Notes: generated by a model not told the origin, from the sequence alone. DNA of 51,430 nt from a virus (IMGVR_UViG_3300046059_000057:1-51430), one strand, 5' to 3'; counted from the stretch's first letter, positions 8,192-16,905 are shown. A program made the numbers and translations.

Positions 8192-8379
8192 CCGACGATC
8201 AGAAGCGTACGTTAAGCGAAATACCGTCGGTTGGATTTCACATTAACACCGGTGGACCGTGTGAATGCGGTGGTGAGAACTATCGTACAACGAAAACTCA
8301 CGGGTTTAGTGATTCGATAGTCTACCGGCACAAGTGCCAAACCTGCGGGAATGAGTTTTCAACGTGGATAGAGGGCTAA
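8182..8379 (+). CDS. Zinc-ribbon protein (CECG...CQTCG)
   Basis: Cys pairs; C-terminal HKCQTCGNEF. Confidence 0.65.
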   Translation: MALTDDQKRTLSEIPSVGFHINTGGPCECGGENYRTTKTHGFSDSIVYRHKCQTCGNEFSTWIEG

Positions 8380-8561
8380 GCCTCGGAATGCCGAATTCGT
8401 ATTTACGCATAACTGAAATCGTCTCGACCTCCGGTTTCGCCAGAGCGACGGTGTATCGCACTTACAGTCGTTGGGCGTTCTCCCCATTGGCAACGGGTCA
8501 CGGATGTAAGCTTCAGGAGACCGGTTAGTCGGTACCGGTTCCCGTTATACCGTCTGATTTT

Positions 8562-8625
8562 TCGTTCCGGCATACCTCGGTAAAAAGCCGGCTGATGAAG
8601 CGGGTTTAGGGTCCCGTTGAAACGA
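8562..8625 (+). ncRNA. Type III hammerhead ribozyme HH8
   Basis: Stem III TCG/CGA; triplet GUU (cut after 8566); stem I CCGGC/GCCGG; CTGATGA 8592-8598; stem II AGCGGG/CCCGTT; GAAA 8619-8622. Confidence 0.92.
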
Positions 8626-8629
8626 CACT

Positions 8630-8965
8630 ATGAACCGCTCAACACCGACGCCCAAGATAATCATAGAAACCGCCGCGAAGAATCCAGATGCGTCGTTTAA
8701 AGAGATAGCCAACATAATCAACGGGGAAACCAACGGTCCGATAGTTCAACCGTCGTACGTTAAGAGGGTCTTAAACGGGGAAATCGTAGAGTTAACGATT
8801 TCTTATACCATCGACCTAACTGATGATGACCTCGACGGTTTACCGGATGTGGATACGGTTCATCGGTATACTGAAGATACGGAACACCGTACCGAAAACC
8901 GCTCAACCGTCGGGGGTACAGGGAGTCAAGGTGCTCCCTCCGGTGATTCGTCGGAGGAAACTTAG
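8630..8965 (+). CDS. Putative HTH DNA-binding protein
   Basis: NPDASFKEIA...SYVKRVL HTH-like pattern; ATG 5 nt after HH8. Confidence 0.55.
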   Translation: MNRSTPTPKIIIETAAKNPDASFKEIANIINGETNGPIVQPSYVKRVLNGEIVELTISYTIDLTDDDLDGLPDVDTVHRYTEDTEHRTENRSTVGGTGSQGAPSGDSSEET

Positions 8966-8966
8966 T

Positions 8967-9272
8967 ATGGACGAGTTCTTCGACCTCGTTGATACCGAAG
9001 TTACCGACGATTATCTTCGTCAGGTGCATGGTCACGAGGCGGAGCAGGATATCGATCTTCCAGAGGTTAAGAAACCGCTTCTTGAAGTTCTCATCGACGG
9101 GCAGATTAGCGCTTTCAACGACTGTGTTTCCGGGGGCAGAACCGCGAAAGCAGCCCTGCATTACCGGTTGATTGTACGGTTACTGGAATCCGACGGTGAA
9201 CTACGTGAAGCTTTCGAAAAACATCAAAGTCAGCATCCGTTGGCTTCAGTATTCGGGGAAACGGAGTTCTGA
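8967..9272 (+). CDS. Hypothetical protein
   Basis: MDEFFDLVD...; starts 1 nt after the previous stop. Confidence 0.7.
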   Translation: MDEFFDLVDTEVTDDYLRQVHGHEAEQDIDLPEVKKPLLEVLIDGQISAFNDCVSGGRTAKAALHYRLIVRLLESDGELREAFEKHQSQHPLASVFGETEF

Positions 9273-9643
9273 GTATTATTTCTTCGATTTTCCGTGGAAT
9301 TGTTTACCAGCAAATTTTGCCTATAGTGATTCTACGTATAACCGAAGATACAAGCGTTCTCTCTTTCAGGATTGTATATACCTTAGTAAGGTACCCGTTT
9401 CGATCGACGGTAGAGAGCTGTTAACCGTTGTAAAGCGTACGTAAACGGCTACAGATACGTTTACTCCGTTTAAAACGACTGTTCCTCCGGATAACCGTTG
9501 ATAATTTTTCGGTGAAATTAAAAGTTTCGATGAGCGTGCGATTCTACGGCACCTTATCTTAGAGCCGGTGAATCAGATAGCCTTGGGAAAGATTATCGGG
9601 GTTACATGGGAAAGATTAAGGCCTTCGACGGTAAAGAGCTTCT

Positions 9644-9949
9644 ATGGGCGGAGTTGATATGGATAATCGGTTGGACGTAGAAGTACCGTTAGATTTCTTT
9701 AACCCGGAGAAATCCGAAGGTACTAAGAATCCGAAGGCACGGGAACATATGGCGAAGGTAGCACAGTTTTCCGCCGGCGGTTTAACGGCTTTAGAGTATG
9801 CAGAGAAAGCGTTAGTTGATGAAAACACGGCGTACCGCGTTCTACAAGAAGCTGTAACCGAAGGGAAAATGAAAACGGAAACCCGGGAAACCGAAGGCAG
9901 AGGCGAACACCCAACGGTTTACACCGTTGATAGACCCGTTGGTACGTGA
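9644..9949 (+). CDS. Putative winged-helix DNA-binding protein
   Basis: LTALEYAE...NTAYRVLQE...GRGEHPTVY wHTH-like layout. Confidence 0.55.
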   Translation: MGGVDMDNRLDVEVPLDFFNPEKSEGTKNPKAREHMAKVAQFSAGGLTALEYAEKALVDENTAYRVLQEAVTEGKMKTETRETEGRGEHPTVYTVDRPVGT

Positions 9950-9974
9950 CAAGGTTCGATTCCTTGAGGGTCCC
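9932..9974 (+). ncRNA. tRNA-like mini-element A (acceptor stem plus T-arm)
   Basis: GACCC/GGGTC stem stacked on CAAGG-TTCGATT-CCTTG; no anticodon arm. Confidence 0.5.
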
Positions 9975-10074
9975 TTGGGGCCGGAGAACCGCCCTCATGT
10001 GGGGCGGCACCCGCGTCAGGCCGGGTTAAATACTCCGTGCCCCAGTCACACGCTCCGTGCCTCCGGTTTTCCGG

Positions 10075-10157
10075 GGGCACGTAGTGGGTATAAAGGCCTC
10101 CGACGGTACATCGTCTGTACCATCGGTGGGCCGAGGGTTCAAATCCCTCTGTACCTC
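10075..10157 (+). ncRNA. tRNA-like element B
   Basis: GGGCACG/TGTACCT acceptor-like stem; T-arm GAGGG-TTCAAAT-CCCTC; a long irregular stem replaces the anticodon arm. Confidence 0.5.
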
Positions 10158-10179
10158 CGGAAAACCGGAGGGCAGGCGT

Positions 10180-10231
10180 GCTCCCGAAGTATTCGGACTT
10201 GATACCGGTGGTTCGATTCCGCCCGGGGGCG
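10180..10231 (+). ncRNA. tRNA-like mini-element C
   Basis: 7-bp acceptor GCTCCCG/CGGGGGC; T-arm GGTGG-TTCGATT-CCGCC; 20-nt linker. Confidence 0.6.
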
Positions 10232-10244
10232 TGAGGTACTACCG

Positions 10245-10514
10245 ATGAAAGCGGAGTTCAGTAACGTCGATCAGTTGTCGAATTGGCTTTCAGACGTCGT
10301 TAATCCGATGAAGTACGACGTATATTATGAAACGTTAGACCGTCGGTGTTTCGCCATTAAAAACGTTTCGACGGAACCCCGGTTGCACGGGGTGGTGAAT
10401 AACGTAGATATCGGAGAAATTGAGGACGTTGCAGATTCGTACAATCGTACGTTAACCGTAGTTAAGTCGTTCGAATGGGAACATGAGGCTACCACCGGTA
10501 ATACGGATTTATGA
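10245..10514 (+). CDS. Hypothetical protein
   Basis: 89 aa; GAGGT SD directly after element C. Confidence 0.7.
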   Translation: MKAEFSNVDQLSNWLSDVVNPMKYDVYYETLDRRCFAIKNVSTEPRLHGVVNNVDIGEIEDVADSYNRTLTVVKSFEWEHEATTGNTDL

Positions 10515-10729
10515 AATACAAAAATTCCGGTGTTTCAAGTGACAGTTTCACGGATTCCGTGCACGTACGTGTAACCGCTGGTGACACGCCTGACGACTTC
10601 GAGAGTTATGCGGTTTTCGACGACGTGACACAGGTCTCCGAGGAATTCGTCGGACGGCATGGGAAACGTGGAGCTCGGAGATACGCCCGGGGATACGCTG
10701 AAGCTAAAGTACGATACACCGATGGATGA
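10511..10729 (+). CDS. Hypothetical protein
   Basis: 72 aa; ATGA coupling. Confidence 0.6.
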   Translation: MKYKNSGVSSDSFTDSVHVRVTAGDTPDDFESYAVFDDVTQVSEEFVGRHGKRGARRYARGYAEAKVRYTDG

Positions 10730-11141
10730 AACCTACGAGGACTTGATTGAATTAGCACGGGAAAACGGTCTTAGAGACATCGCAGATACGATTGAGTATC
10801 TGCTCGATACCACCGACCCCCTCGCCGTTGAACCCGATGAATATTCTGCTACCGGCGATTTAGCGTTTTGCTTTCGGTCAGGCGTTGTTTGGGGCATTGA
10901 AAACGAAAGATCGGAAACCGGTCGTAGTAAGCCAAACGATCGTGAAGCCTTCGTTTCAAGCTTATTGTCTAATGGGAAAACACGGTTAGCCGACGCGTTT
11001 GATTATTGTTGGGCGAATTCCGAAGAGGTTACTTCTAATGATTTCGATGTCACGGAATTACCGATCGAGGGGGATAGATTAGGCGCTTTTTCGATTGGTA
11101 TGTCGGTTGGAATGACCTTGGAACGTCGGGAAAAGAAATAA
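10722..11141 (+). CDS. Hypothetical protein with internal duplication
   Basis: Two similar units: IADTIEY...AFCFRSGVVWGIENER and LADAFDY...AFSIGMSVGMTLERR. Confidence 0.7.
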   Translation: MDETYEDLIELARENGLRDIADTIEYLLDTTDPLAVEPDEYSATGDLAFCFRSGVVWGIENERSETGRSKPNDREAFVSSLLSNGKTRLADAFDYCWANSEEVTSNDFDVTELPIEGDRLGAFSIGMSVGMTLERREKK

Positions 11142-11203
11142 GTGAAACGCCGGTTAACGAAAGCCAGCGTGAGTCTAACCGTCACCGAACCCTCAACAGT
11201 ACC

Positions 11204-11300
11204 CGGTGATACAGGCGAACGCTTCGGTGGAAACCGAGGGCTGTGAGAGGCCCGAATCCCGGATAAGGGGTTGGTCGTGCCCCGAAACCGGGTGTTACCG
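11204..11300. ncRNA. Putative multibranch structured RNA at the convergent gene junction
   Basis: Closing stem CGGTGATAC/GTGTTACCG with internal hairpins. Confidence 0.45.
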
Positions 11301-11301
11301 T

Positions 11302-11751
11302 TTATTCAAATACCTCGGTGCCTAAATTTAGTTGTTCAGCCCATTCATCGGCGGTTAACCGACGGTATTTTGGTCCTAATTGATCGAGTAACTCTTCGAA
11401 GGCCGAAGTTATATCCTCCGGAATTCCGGATAAATCAAGCCTATATTCGTCATTCAGGTAACCGGCGGTTTCCTCCGGAGTAACATCGGATTCAACCGAA
11501 TTTCCGATCAGCCATGTATCAAGGTCATCGATAGCATCGTCATGCACCGATTCTTCAGCGGTTATACCAGCGAAGTAGACTTCGCCATCCGACGTCGTAT
11601 CCCCCGGAAAACCGTCGGGGGCACTTATCAACGAACCGTTCCACCCTTGAACGGTGTCTCTATCCGTATACTTCGGTTGAACCGTCGTTTCTTCCGGGTT
11701 CTCTACTTCTATCACCGGTAAAACGTAGGCTTTTGTGCTCGTCATGTTCAA
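11302..11751 (-). CDS. Hypothetical protein (last gene of the tail module)
   Basis: 149-aa acidic ORF. Confidence 0.7.
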   Translation of the reverse strand: MNMTSTKAYVLPVIEVENPEETTVQPKYTDRDTVQGWNGSLISAPDGFPGDTTSDGEVYFAGITAEESVHDDAIDDLDTWLIGNSVESDVTPEETAGYLNDEYRLDLSGIPEDITSAFEELLDQLGPKYRRLTADEWAEQLNLGTEVFE

Positions 11752-11792
11752 CCGGAAGAACCTCGCTCCGGCGGGGTCATCGGTATCAACAG

Positions 11793-14700
11793 TTAGACTA
11801 TTTCTACTATGTCAAAGAACTGGCTGTATGATTGATTCCCGTTTTGTGCTCTAAACTTGATACCGCCGTCGGTATACGTCGTCGTTGTAGCAGTTAGGGT
11901 GGAGAAGTTGCTTCCATCCGAATCAAAGAAATCTATGGTAATATCGCCGGAGGCACCCCAATTGACGACGACTTTATGCCATTCCCCGATCGGCGTATCG
12001 GTCGTTGTGTTTGATGCTAACGTGGTGTACGAACCGTTGTCGACCTCTAAAAACCGTTGATTCGCCGAATCTGCGTCTTTCGAGGCAACAATGATTATAT
12101 ATCTGTTGCTTGAATCTGTTACTCCGAACGAAAGTTCGGGGTTATCGTCTATATCCGTCGTTCTAAATCTAAACTGGAATATATCTCCTGCTTTCGGGTA
12201 TCGGGGAAGACCCGACGTCGAGGTTATGGAATTACCTGAACTCGGTGCACCCGTCGCTTCCAACGCGTATTGACCCTCGTAAACCGTGCCGGTTTGCACG
12301 TTATAATCGCTGGTGTCGCCCGTGTATTCTCCGACGTCACCGTCCTCGAAGTCGTCTATGGGACCAGTTTGCGTTGTGTCCCCGGAAGCGGTAATTTCAA
12401 ACGTGTCAAAATACCACTTATCACCGGAAGTACCACCTCCACCAACCGATATACCTCCTCCGGAGTAATTCGTATCAGTAGCCGATGTCGAAGCGAGTTC
12501 AGTACCCGATTCATCGTACAGAGTAGCAACTAAATCTCCACCACTTCCCCAATCAACAACGATCCGGTACCACGTATCAGCAGACGTTGACACCGATTTG
12601 CTCGAAAGCGCCGTTACTGAGTCGTTATCCCACCGGCGAATGTCGATTCTTGAGTCGTTGAATAAGATATCGTACCCGTTATCCTTCGTGTCCTCCTGTA
12701 TCCCGAATCCTACCTCTGTTGAGTTCCCTTGAACCGATCTCGCCCAATACTGGAACGTATCACCGGCTTGAGGATACCTCGGTAAACCCGACATAGAACC
12801 GGCGTGCCCGTCTTCAGAACTGGATTCCTCCGTACGGATAGCGTATGTTCCGTCGTGTACGACGTTCGACTGAACCGCCGTGTTACCGGTTACATTAGAG
12901 TATTCCGATAAATCGTTATCTTCATAATCGTCTATAATACCGGTGGAATCCGTTACTTCCGTAATTTCAGCGATATCGTAATATGTTTTGGTGTTAGTGT
13001 CAGCGTTTGCGTTGTAATGCCACGATATACCGCCTTCAATAAATGTGGAGTCCGTGGCGTTGATCGAGTCGAGAAGGCTTCCAGACGCGTCGTACACCGA
13101 AATCGTGATACTTCCACCTTCTCCCCACTCAATTTTAAATCGGTTCCACTCGTTTACCGGAAAGCCACCCGATAACGTCGTACTCGCTAACGTCGTATAC
13201 GATCCGTTCTCAACTACTTTAAGACGTAGGTCCTCGAAGTCGTCGGCAGGTCGTGCTAAAAGCTGATATTGGTTATTGTCATCCTGCCGACTGAAATACA
13301 TACCAACGTCTCCAACGTCGGATTCAAACCTACACCGGAATTCGAAGGTGTCGCCCGCCTGCGGATACCGATCGAGTCCCGATACCGAGTGAATTCTCTT
13401 AAATCCATCACTCGCGACTGCATCGGCTTGTAGTGCGTATGAACCTTCGTACACTACCGACGACTGTACCTGATAAAACGACGTGTCACCGGAATACTCC
13501 GAAATATCGTTATCTTCGAAGTCGTCGATAGCACCGGTATCACGTCCGGTACTCGTCGTTTGAGAGCCAGACGTTTGCTTTACAGCGTAATCAAAGTATG
13601 ACGTTATTGAGCCTCCTTGCTCCGACCAACCGTGCCCACCGGAAGACCACGTGTTATCCGTGCCAGTAACACTCGAAATCTTCGTATCAGTACCATCGTA
13701 GAGATTCGCAGTTATACTGCCATCAGAGGCCCATTCTATCTGAAACGTTAAATACACGTCGGTAGGAACGGTGACACTCGTATCCTCCGAGATAACCGAT
13801 GCACCACCGGCCTCGATCTTCCCAACCGTCCAATTACCGTTGACAGAATCGGCCTCAACGTAATAATAATTATTCGCGTCCTGTACCCCGAATAAGTGAC
13901 GGCTAACCGACGATGTGGGTAGGTAGTGATATGTTTCGAACGTATCACCGGATTCCGCATCGGTGTTCAAGTTACCTGCGGGTGTCTGAATCGTTGCTGT
14001 ACCGGTGATTTCAAGGGCGTAATCGCCATGTTTCGTGGGTATATTCGTTTTGTTTTCAACCGAGGCAGAACTCGTATCCCCATTGTATTCGGTAATACCA
14101 GCGTCTTCAAAATCGTCGATAACGTTCGCTGCGACCGTTGTCCGAGCGAAGTCAAAGATTGATTCAAGGTCATCGTTTGTTAAAACCCGCGGCGCTGAAC
14201 CCCATCCAACGCCGCCTGAAAGATACGTATCATCCGGTGTCGTAAACGTTCCTACCGATGTTCCGTCGTCTTCGAACAATTCAACGGTAAAACCGCCGGA
14301 GGAATCCCAATCGACTTGTATTTCGTACCATACACCCGTGCTAACCGACGCGGAAATTTCTCCTAACTCCGTTGTATCGCCGCCGTCAACAACGCTTACA
14401 CGTACTCTATCTTCGGCGGGGTTTAAGTCGATTCGGTACGCATTATCGGCGTCTGAAGCACCGAAGTAATGAACGGCACGGTTGTCAGGAACCGATACAT
14501 ACGCCCAATAACGGTATTTATCACCGGATTCCGGATAATAGTTCAGTCCTGACGTTGAAACGATGTTACGTGGCGTTGAACCGTCGGATTTTATAGAAAG
14601 CGACGCTGCACCATTCTGAACCGGATAACTCCGGATAGAAGCCCCCGACGTATCACCGGAGTATTCACCGATATCTTCGTCTTCGAAGTCATCGATAACA

Positions 14701-14903
14701 TTCGATGCAGGCGCCTGTTCTACCGTTTTTGAAACGACTTCAGTTATATCTGATCGATCAACGACCCGCTCAATCGGTGTCAAAACTTGGTCGCCACCGA
14801 CTGATGAACCCTCCGGTGGCTGCGCCGCTCTGGCTTCTTCAAGCCGCTGCACTCTCGTCTTGACGGTACGAAGCTCCTCCGCCGCTTTATCGTTATCTGT
14901 CAT
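11793..14903 (-). CDS. Tail fiber / receptor-binding adhesin with five tandem beta-rich repeats
   Basis: Five ~190-aa repeats starting IDD(F/Y)EDxxxxEY; located at the end of the tail operon. Confidence 0.75.
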   Translation of the reverse strand: MTDNDKAAEELRTVKTRVQRLEEARAAQPPEGSSVGGDQVLTPIERVVDRSDITEVVSKTVEQAPASNVIDDFEDEDIGEYSGDTSGASIRSYPVQNGAASLSIKSDGSTPRNIVSTSGLNYYPESGDKYRYWAYVSVPDNRAVHYFGASDADNAYRIDLNPAEDRVRVSVVDGGDTTELGEISASVSTGVWYEIQVDWDSSGGFTVELFEDDGTSVGTFTTPDDTYLSGGVGWGSAPRVLTNDDLESIFDFARTTVAANVIDDFEDAGITEYNGDTSSASVENKTNIPTKHGDYALEITGTATIQTPAGNLNTDAESGDTFETYHYLPTSSVSRHLFGVQDANNYYYVEADSVNGNWTVGKIEAGGASVISEDTSVTVPTDVYLTFQIEWASDGSITANLYDGTDTKISSVTGTDNTWSSGGHGWSEQGGSITSYFDYAVKQTSGSQTTSTGRDTGAIDDFEDNDISEYSGDTSFYQVQSSVVYEGSYALQADAVASDGFKRIHSVSGLDRYPQAGDTFEFRCRFESDVGDVGMYFSRQDDNNQYQLLARPADDFEDLRLKVVENGSYTTLASTTLSGGFPVNEWNRFKIEWGEGGSITISVYDASGSLLDSINATDSTFIEGGISWHYNANADTNTKTYYDIAEITEVTDSTGIIDDYEDNDLSEYSNVTGNTAVQSNVVHDGTYAIRTEESSSEDGHAGSMSGLPRYPQAGDTFQYWARSVQGNSTEVGFGIQEDTKDNGYDILFNDSRIDIRRWDNDSVTALSSKSVSTSADTWYRIVVDWGSGGDLVATLYDESGTELASTSATDTNYSGGGISVGGGGTSGDKWYFDTFEITASGDTTQTGPIDDFEDGDVGEYTGDTSDYNVQTGTVYEGQYALEATGAPSSGNSITSTSGLPRYPKAGDIFQFRFRTTDIDDNPELSFGVTDSSNRYIIIVASKDADSANQRFLEVDNGSYTTLASNTTTDTPIGEWHKVVVNWGASGDITIDFFDSDGSNFSTLTATTTTYTDGGIKFRAQNGNQSYSQFFDIVEIV

Positions 14904-14905
14904 TG

Positions 14906-15484
14906 TTACGCATTCCGGAATTGTAGTTCCACTTCGTACGTAATCGATACATCCGAGGTTTTGGTTTCCTCTGAAACGAGTGAGTGATTGAAGAACGTTC
15001 CACCGGTTGAAGCGGATACAAGGCCGACTTCCCGGAAGGTATTCCCGTTGGCTTCACCGGTGCCTATCAAGGTTTCCGTGGTTAAGTTCTTCCCGTTATC
15101 CGTTGTTGAATCCACGGCTTCCCGATGGACCTCGTTGTTAAGACCGGTATTCGACGACGAGGGATTGCTACCGCCGTCACCGATCGCTAAATGCGATGCA
15201 TCAATCGTCGAAGGGCTTTGCGTGCTATCTATATGATCGACGATATACTCCAAGAACCCGTCAAGTATTACGTTTTCAGTAACCGTTGTATCAGCTTTTG
15301 GACCGTACTTCTTGAGTGCTTTTATACGGGCGGCGTCTAACGGATCAGGTTGTTCGGTGAACGATTCTCCGGTGCGTTCACACAAATCGTCGTAATCGTC
15401 CCACGAAGGCACCTTCGTACGAATATCGTTGTATTCATAGCACCGTTGGATTATCCGACCCATGATGACTAAGCCGTCGGTCAT
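14906..15484 (-). CDS. Tail tip / fiber-attachment protein
   Basis: AIGDG...L.NEV.R...EANG.TFREVGL pattern seen in tail-fiber N-terminal/baseplate proteins. Confidence 0.6.
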   Translation of the reverse strand: MTDGLVIMGRIIQRCYEYNDIRTKVPSWDDYDDLCERTGESFTEQPDPLDAARIKALKKYGPKADTTVTENVILDGFLEYIVDHIDSTQSPSTIDASHLAIGDGGSNPSSSNTGLNNEVHREAVDSTTDNGKNLTTETLIGTGEANGNTFREVGLVSASTGGTFFNHSLVSEETKTSDVSITYEVELQFRNA

Positions 15485-16905
15485 ACGTTCTCCCTTGTTT
15501 TCGCTTTTACATCGGTGTTTAACCGTATTCCGTCATAAGTGTCAACAACCGAAGTAACAACGTAATCACCGTTTGCATCAACGGTTGAGTCGTTGACGTT
15601 TATAATCTCTCGGGGACGTAGGTTATGCGTTCTCAAAGAATCAGCGGTGAACGATAATTCGCCACCGGGGGTACGTCTTCTTGCGATAATACCTTGAACG
15701 ACATTCTCGCCCTCCGTTTCTCCTACAACGGATTCCCGGCGATACCTGCCCTCCCGACGTCTGTACTGATTTACTGACGAATTATTGCGGGCTCCTATAA
15801 CGATCGGATAATAATAGAAGATACGGTACGCCGTTTCATTCGTAGAACTGTCATACCGTACGTCATGGCCGCCTGAACCGTCGGACTCAATGAGTATGTG
15901 AGGATTCGGGTTCGGAAGGTTATTCTCCGGCATCGGTACGTAGTTCATACCATCGGTTACATTCGATACCTTAGACCTCGCTAAATCCGAATTCTTATTA
16001 TCAGGGGCTTTCGGGGAACCGGAGGCATCCGACTGTATGCGTACAACGAGGGCGTCATCAGGGTCGTACGGGTCAACGTCAATAGAAACCCCAGCGATCT
16101 CGCCTTTCCGGACGTTCACCTGTTGTATGCGTCGGTTAGTGTCCGTTACACGTTCCGTTGAATCGTGAGAAGTCTGCTCGACGTCAAGAGCCGTATCCCT
16201 AACACCGTCGATTAAAACGTCGTTAGCCATATGTTTATCGGTTTCCTCGTGTGACCAAGAACCGACGCGATCGGTGGAATCGAGCTCGAATTCCGTGGAT
16301 AGAGCGGAGCGTTCTTTAAACACGAAATCCTTCCCGTCGGAGGCCATTACGACCGGTGTTTGTTCGCGTATACGCCGGAATGCTTCAAGTAAATTCGTTC
16401 GTTGATATTGTACGGATAAGTTACGTGTAACCGTATCCACCTGCGAAGTACCAACTTCGGAGGCATTCGTACGTAAAAGTGTCTCTACAATCGAATCCGG
16501 TGTACCTGAAACCTGAATTTCGTCAAAGGATTCCGTGGTAAACCGCATCGAAAAGACTGCGAAGACGAAATCCTCAAGCGTTATTCCAAGGTCTTGAGAC
16601 GTCGGACCGTTAACCGTGTGAGAAACCGGTCTAACCATCCCGGTCCACCGGTGGCTTAACGAATTCTCGCCCTCCAATTGCGTCCGGAATTGTATTCGAT
16701 CACCGATGTCAATGACATTAGTGTACGTAGCCCCGTCGTTATCAAGCTCTATTTTAGCGGTGTCTTTGACGCTTTGTAACCGGTTCTCGATATTTACATA
16801 CATAATATCGGAATCCGGTATTGTACCGTCGGAATCCGCGGGAGCCGTACTCGTGTTACCGGGTTCAAAAACACGTAACTCCGCATTCACCACCGTTCTT
16901 GTCAT
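15481..16905 (-). CDS. Tail tip / baseplate hub-like protein
   Basis: 474 aa directly downstream of the tape measure gene. Confidence 0.6.
   Translation of the reverse strand: MTRTVVNAELRVFEPGNTSTAPADSDGTIPDSDIMYVNIENRLQSVKDTAKIELDNDGATYTNVIDIGDRIQFRTQLEGENSLSHRWTGMVRPVSHTVNGPTSQDLGITLEDFVFAVFSMRFTTESFDEIQVSGTPDSIVETLLRTNASEVGTSQVDTVTRNLSVQYQRTNLLEAFRRIREQTPVVMASDGKDFVFKERSALSTEFELDSTDRVGSWSHEETDKHMANDVLIDGVRDTALDVEQTSHDSTERVTDTNRRIQQVNVRKGEIAGVSIDVDPYDPDDALVVRIQSDASGSPKAPDNKNSDLARSKVSNVTDGMNYVPMPENNLPNPNPHILIESDGSGGHDVRYDSSTNETAYRIFYYYPIVIGARNNSSVNQYRRREGRYRRESVVGETEGENVVQGIIARRRTPGGELSFTADSLRTHNLRPREIINVNDSTVDANGDYVVTSVVDTYDGIRLNTDVKAKTRENV

Noticed and set aside
455-8625. Recurrent intergenic repeats as a CRISPR array or simple promoter repeats
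   Set aside because: Spacing is 0.3-2 kb with genes in between, and the conserved positions match the hammerhead core with covarying stems
10009-10050. Pistol or twister ribozyme (hairpin followed by TAAATA)
   Set aside because: The required pseudoknot partner and conserved catalytic residues were not found
9932-10231. Canonical tRNA genes
   Set aside because: T-arms are present, but there is no proper D-arm or 7-nt anticodon loop
11793-14903. Diversity-generating retroelement acting on the adhesin
   Set aside because: No reverse transcriptase and no near-identical TR/VR pair; the repeats are diverged protein domains
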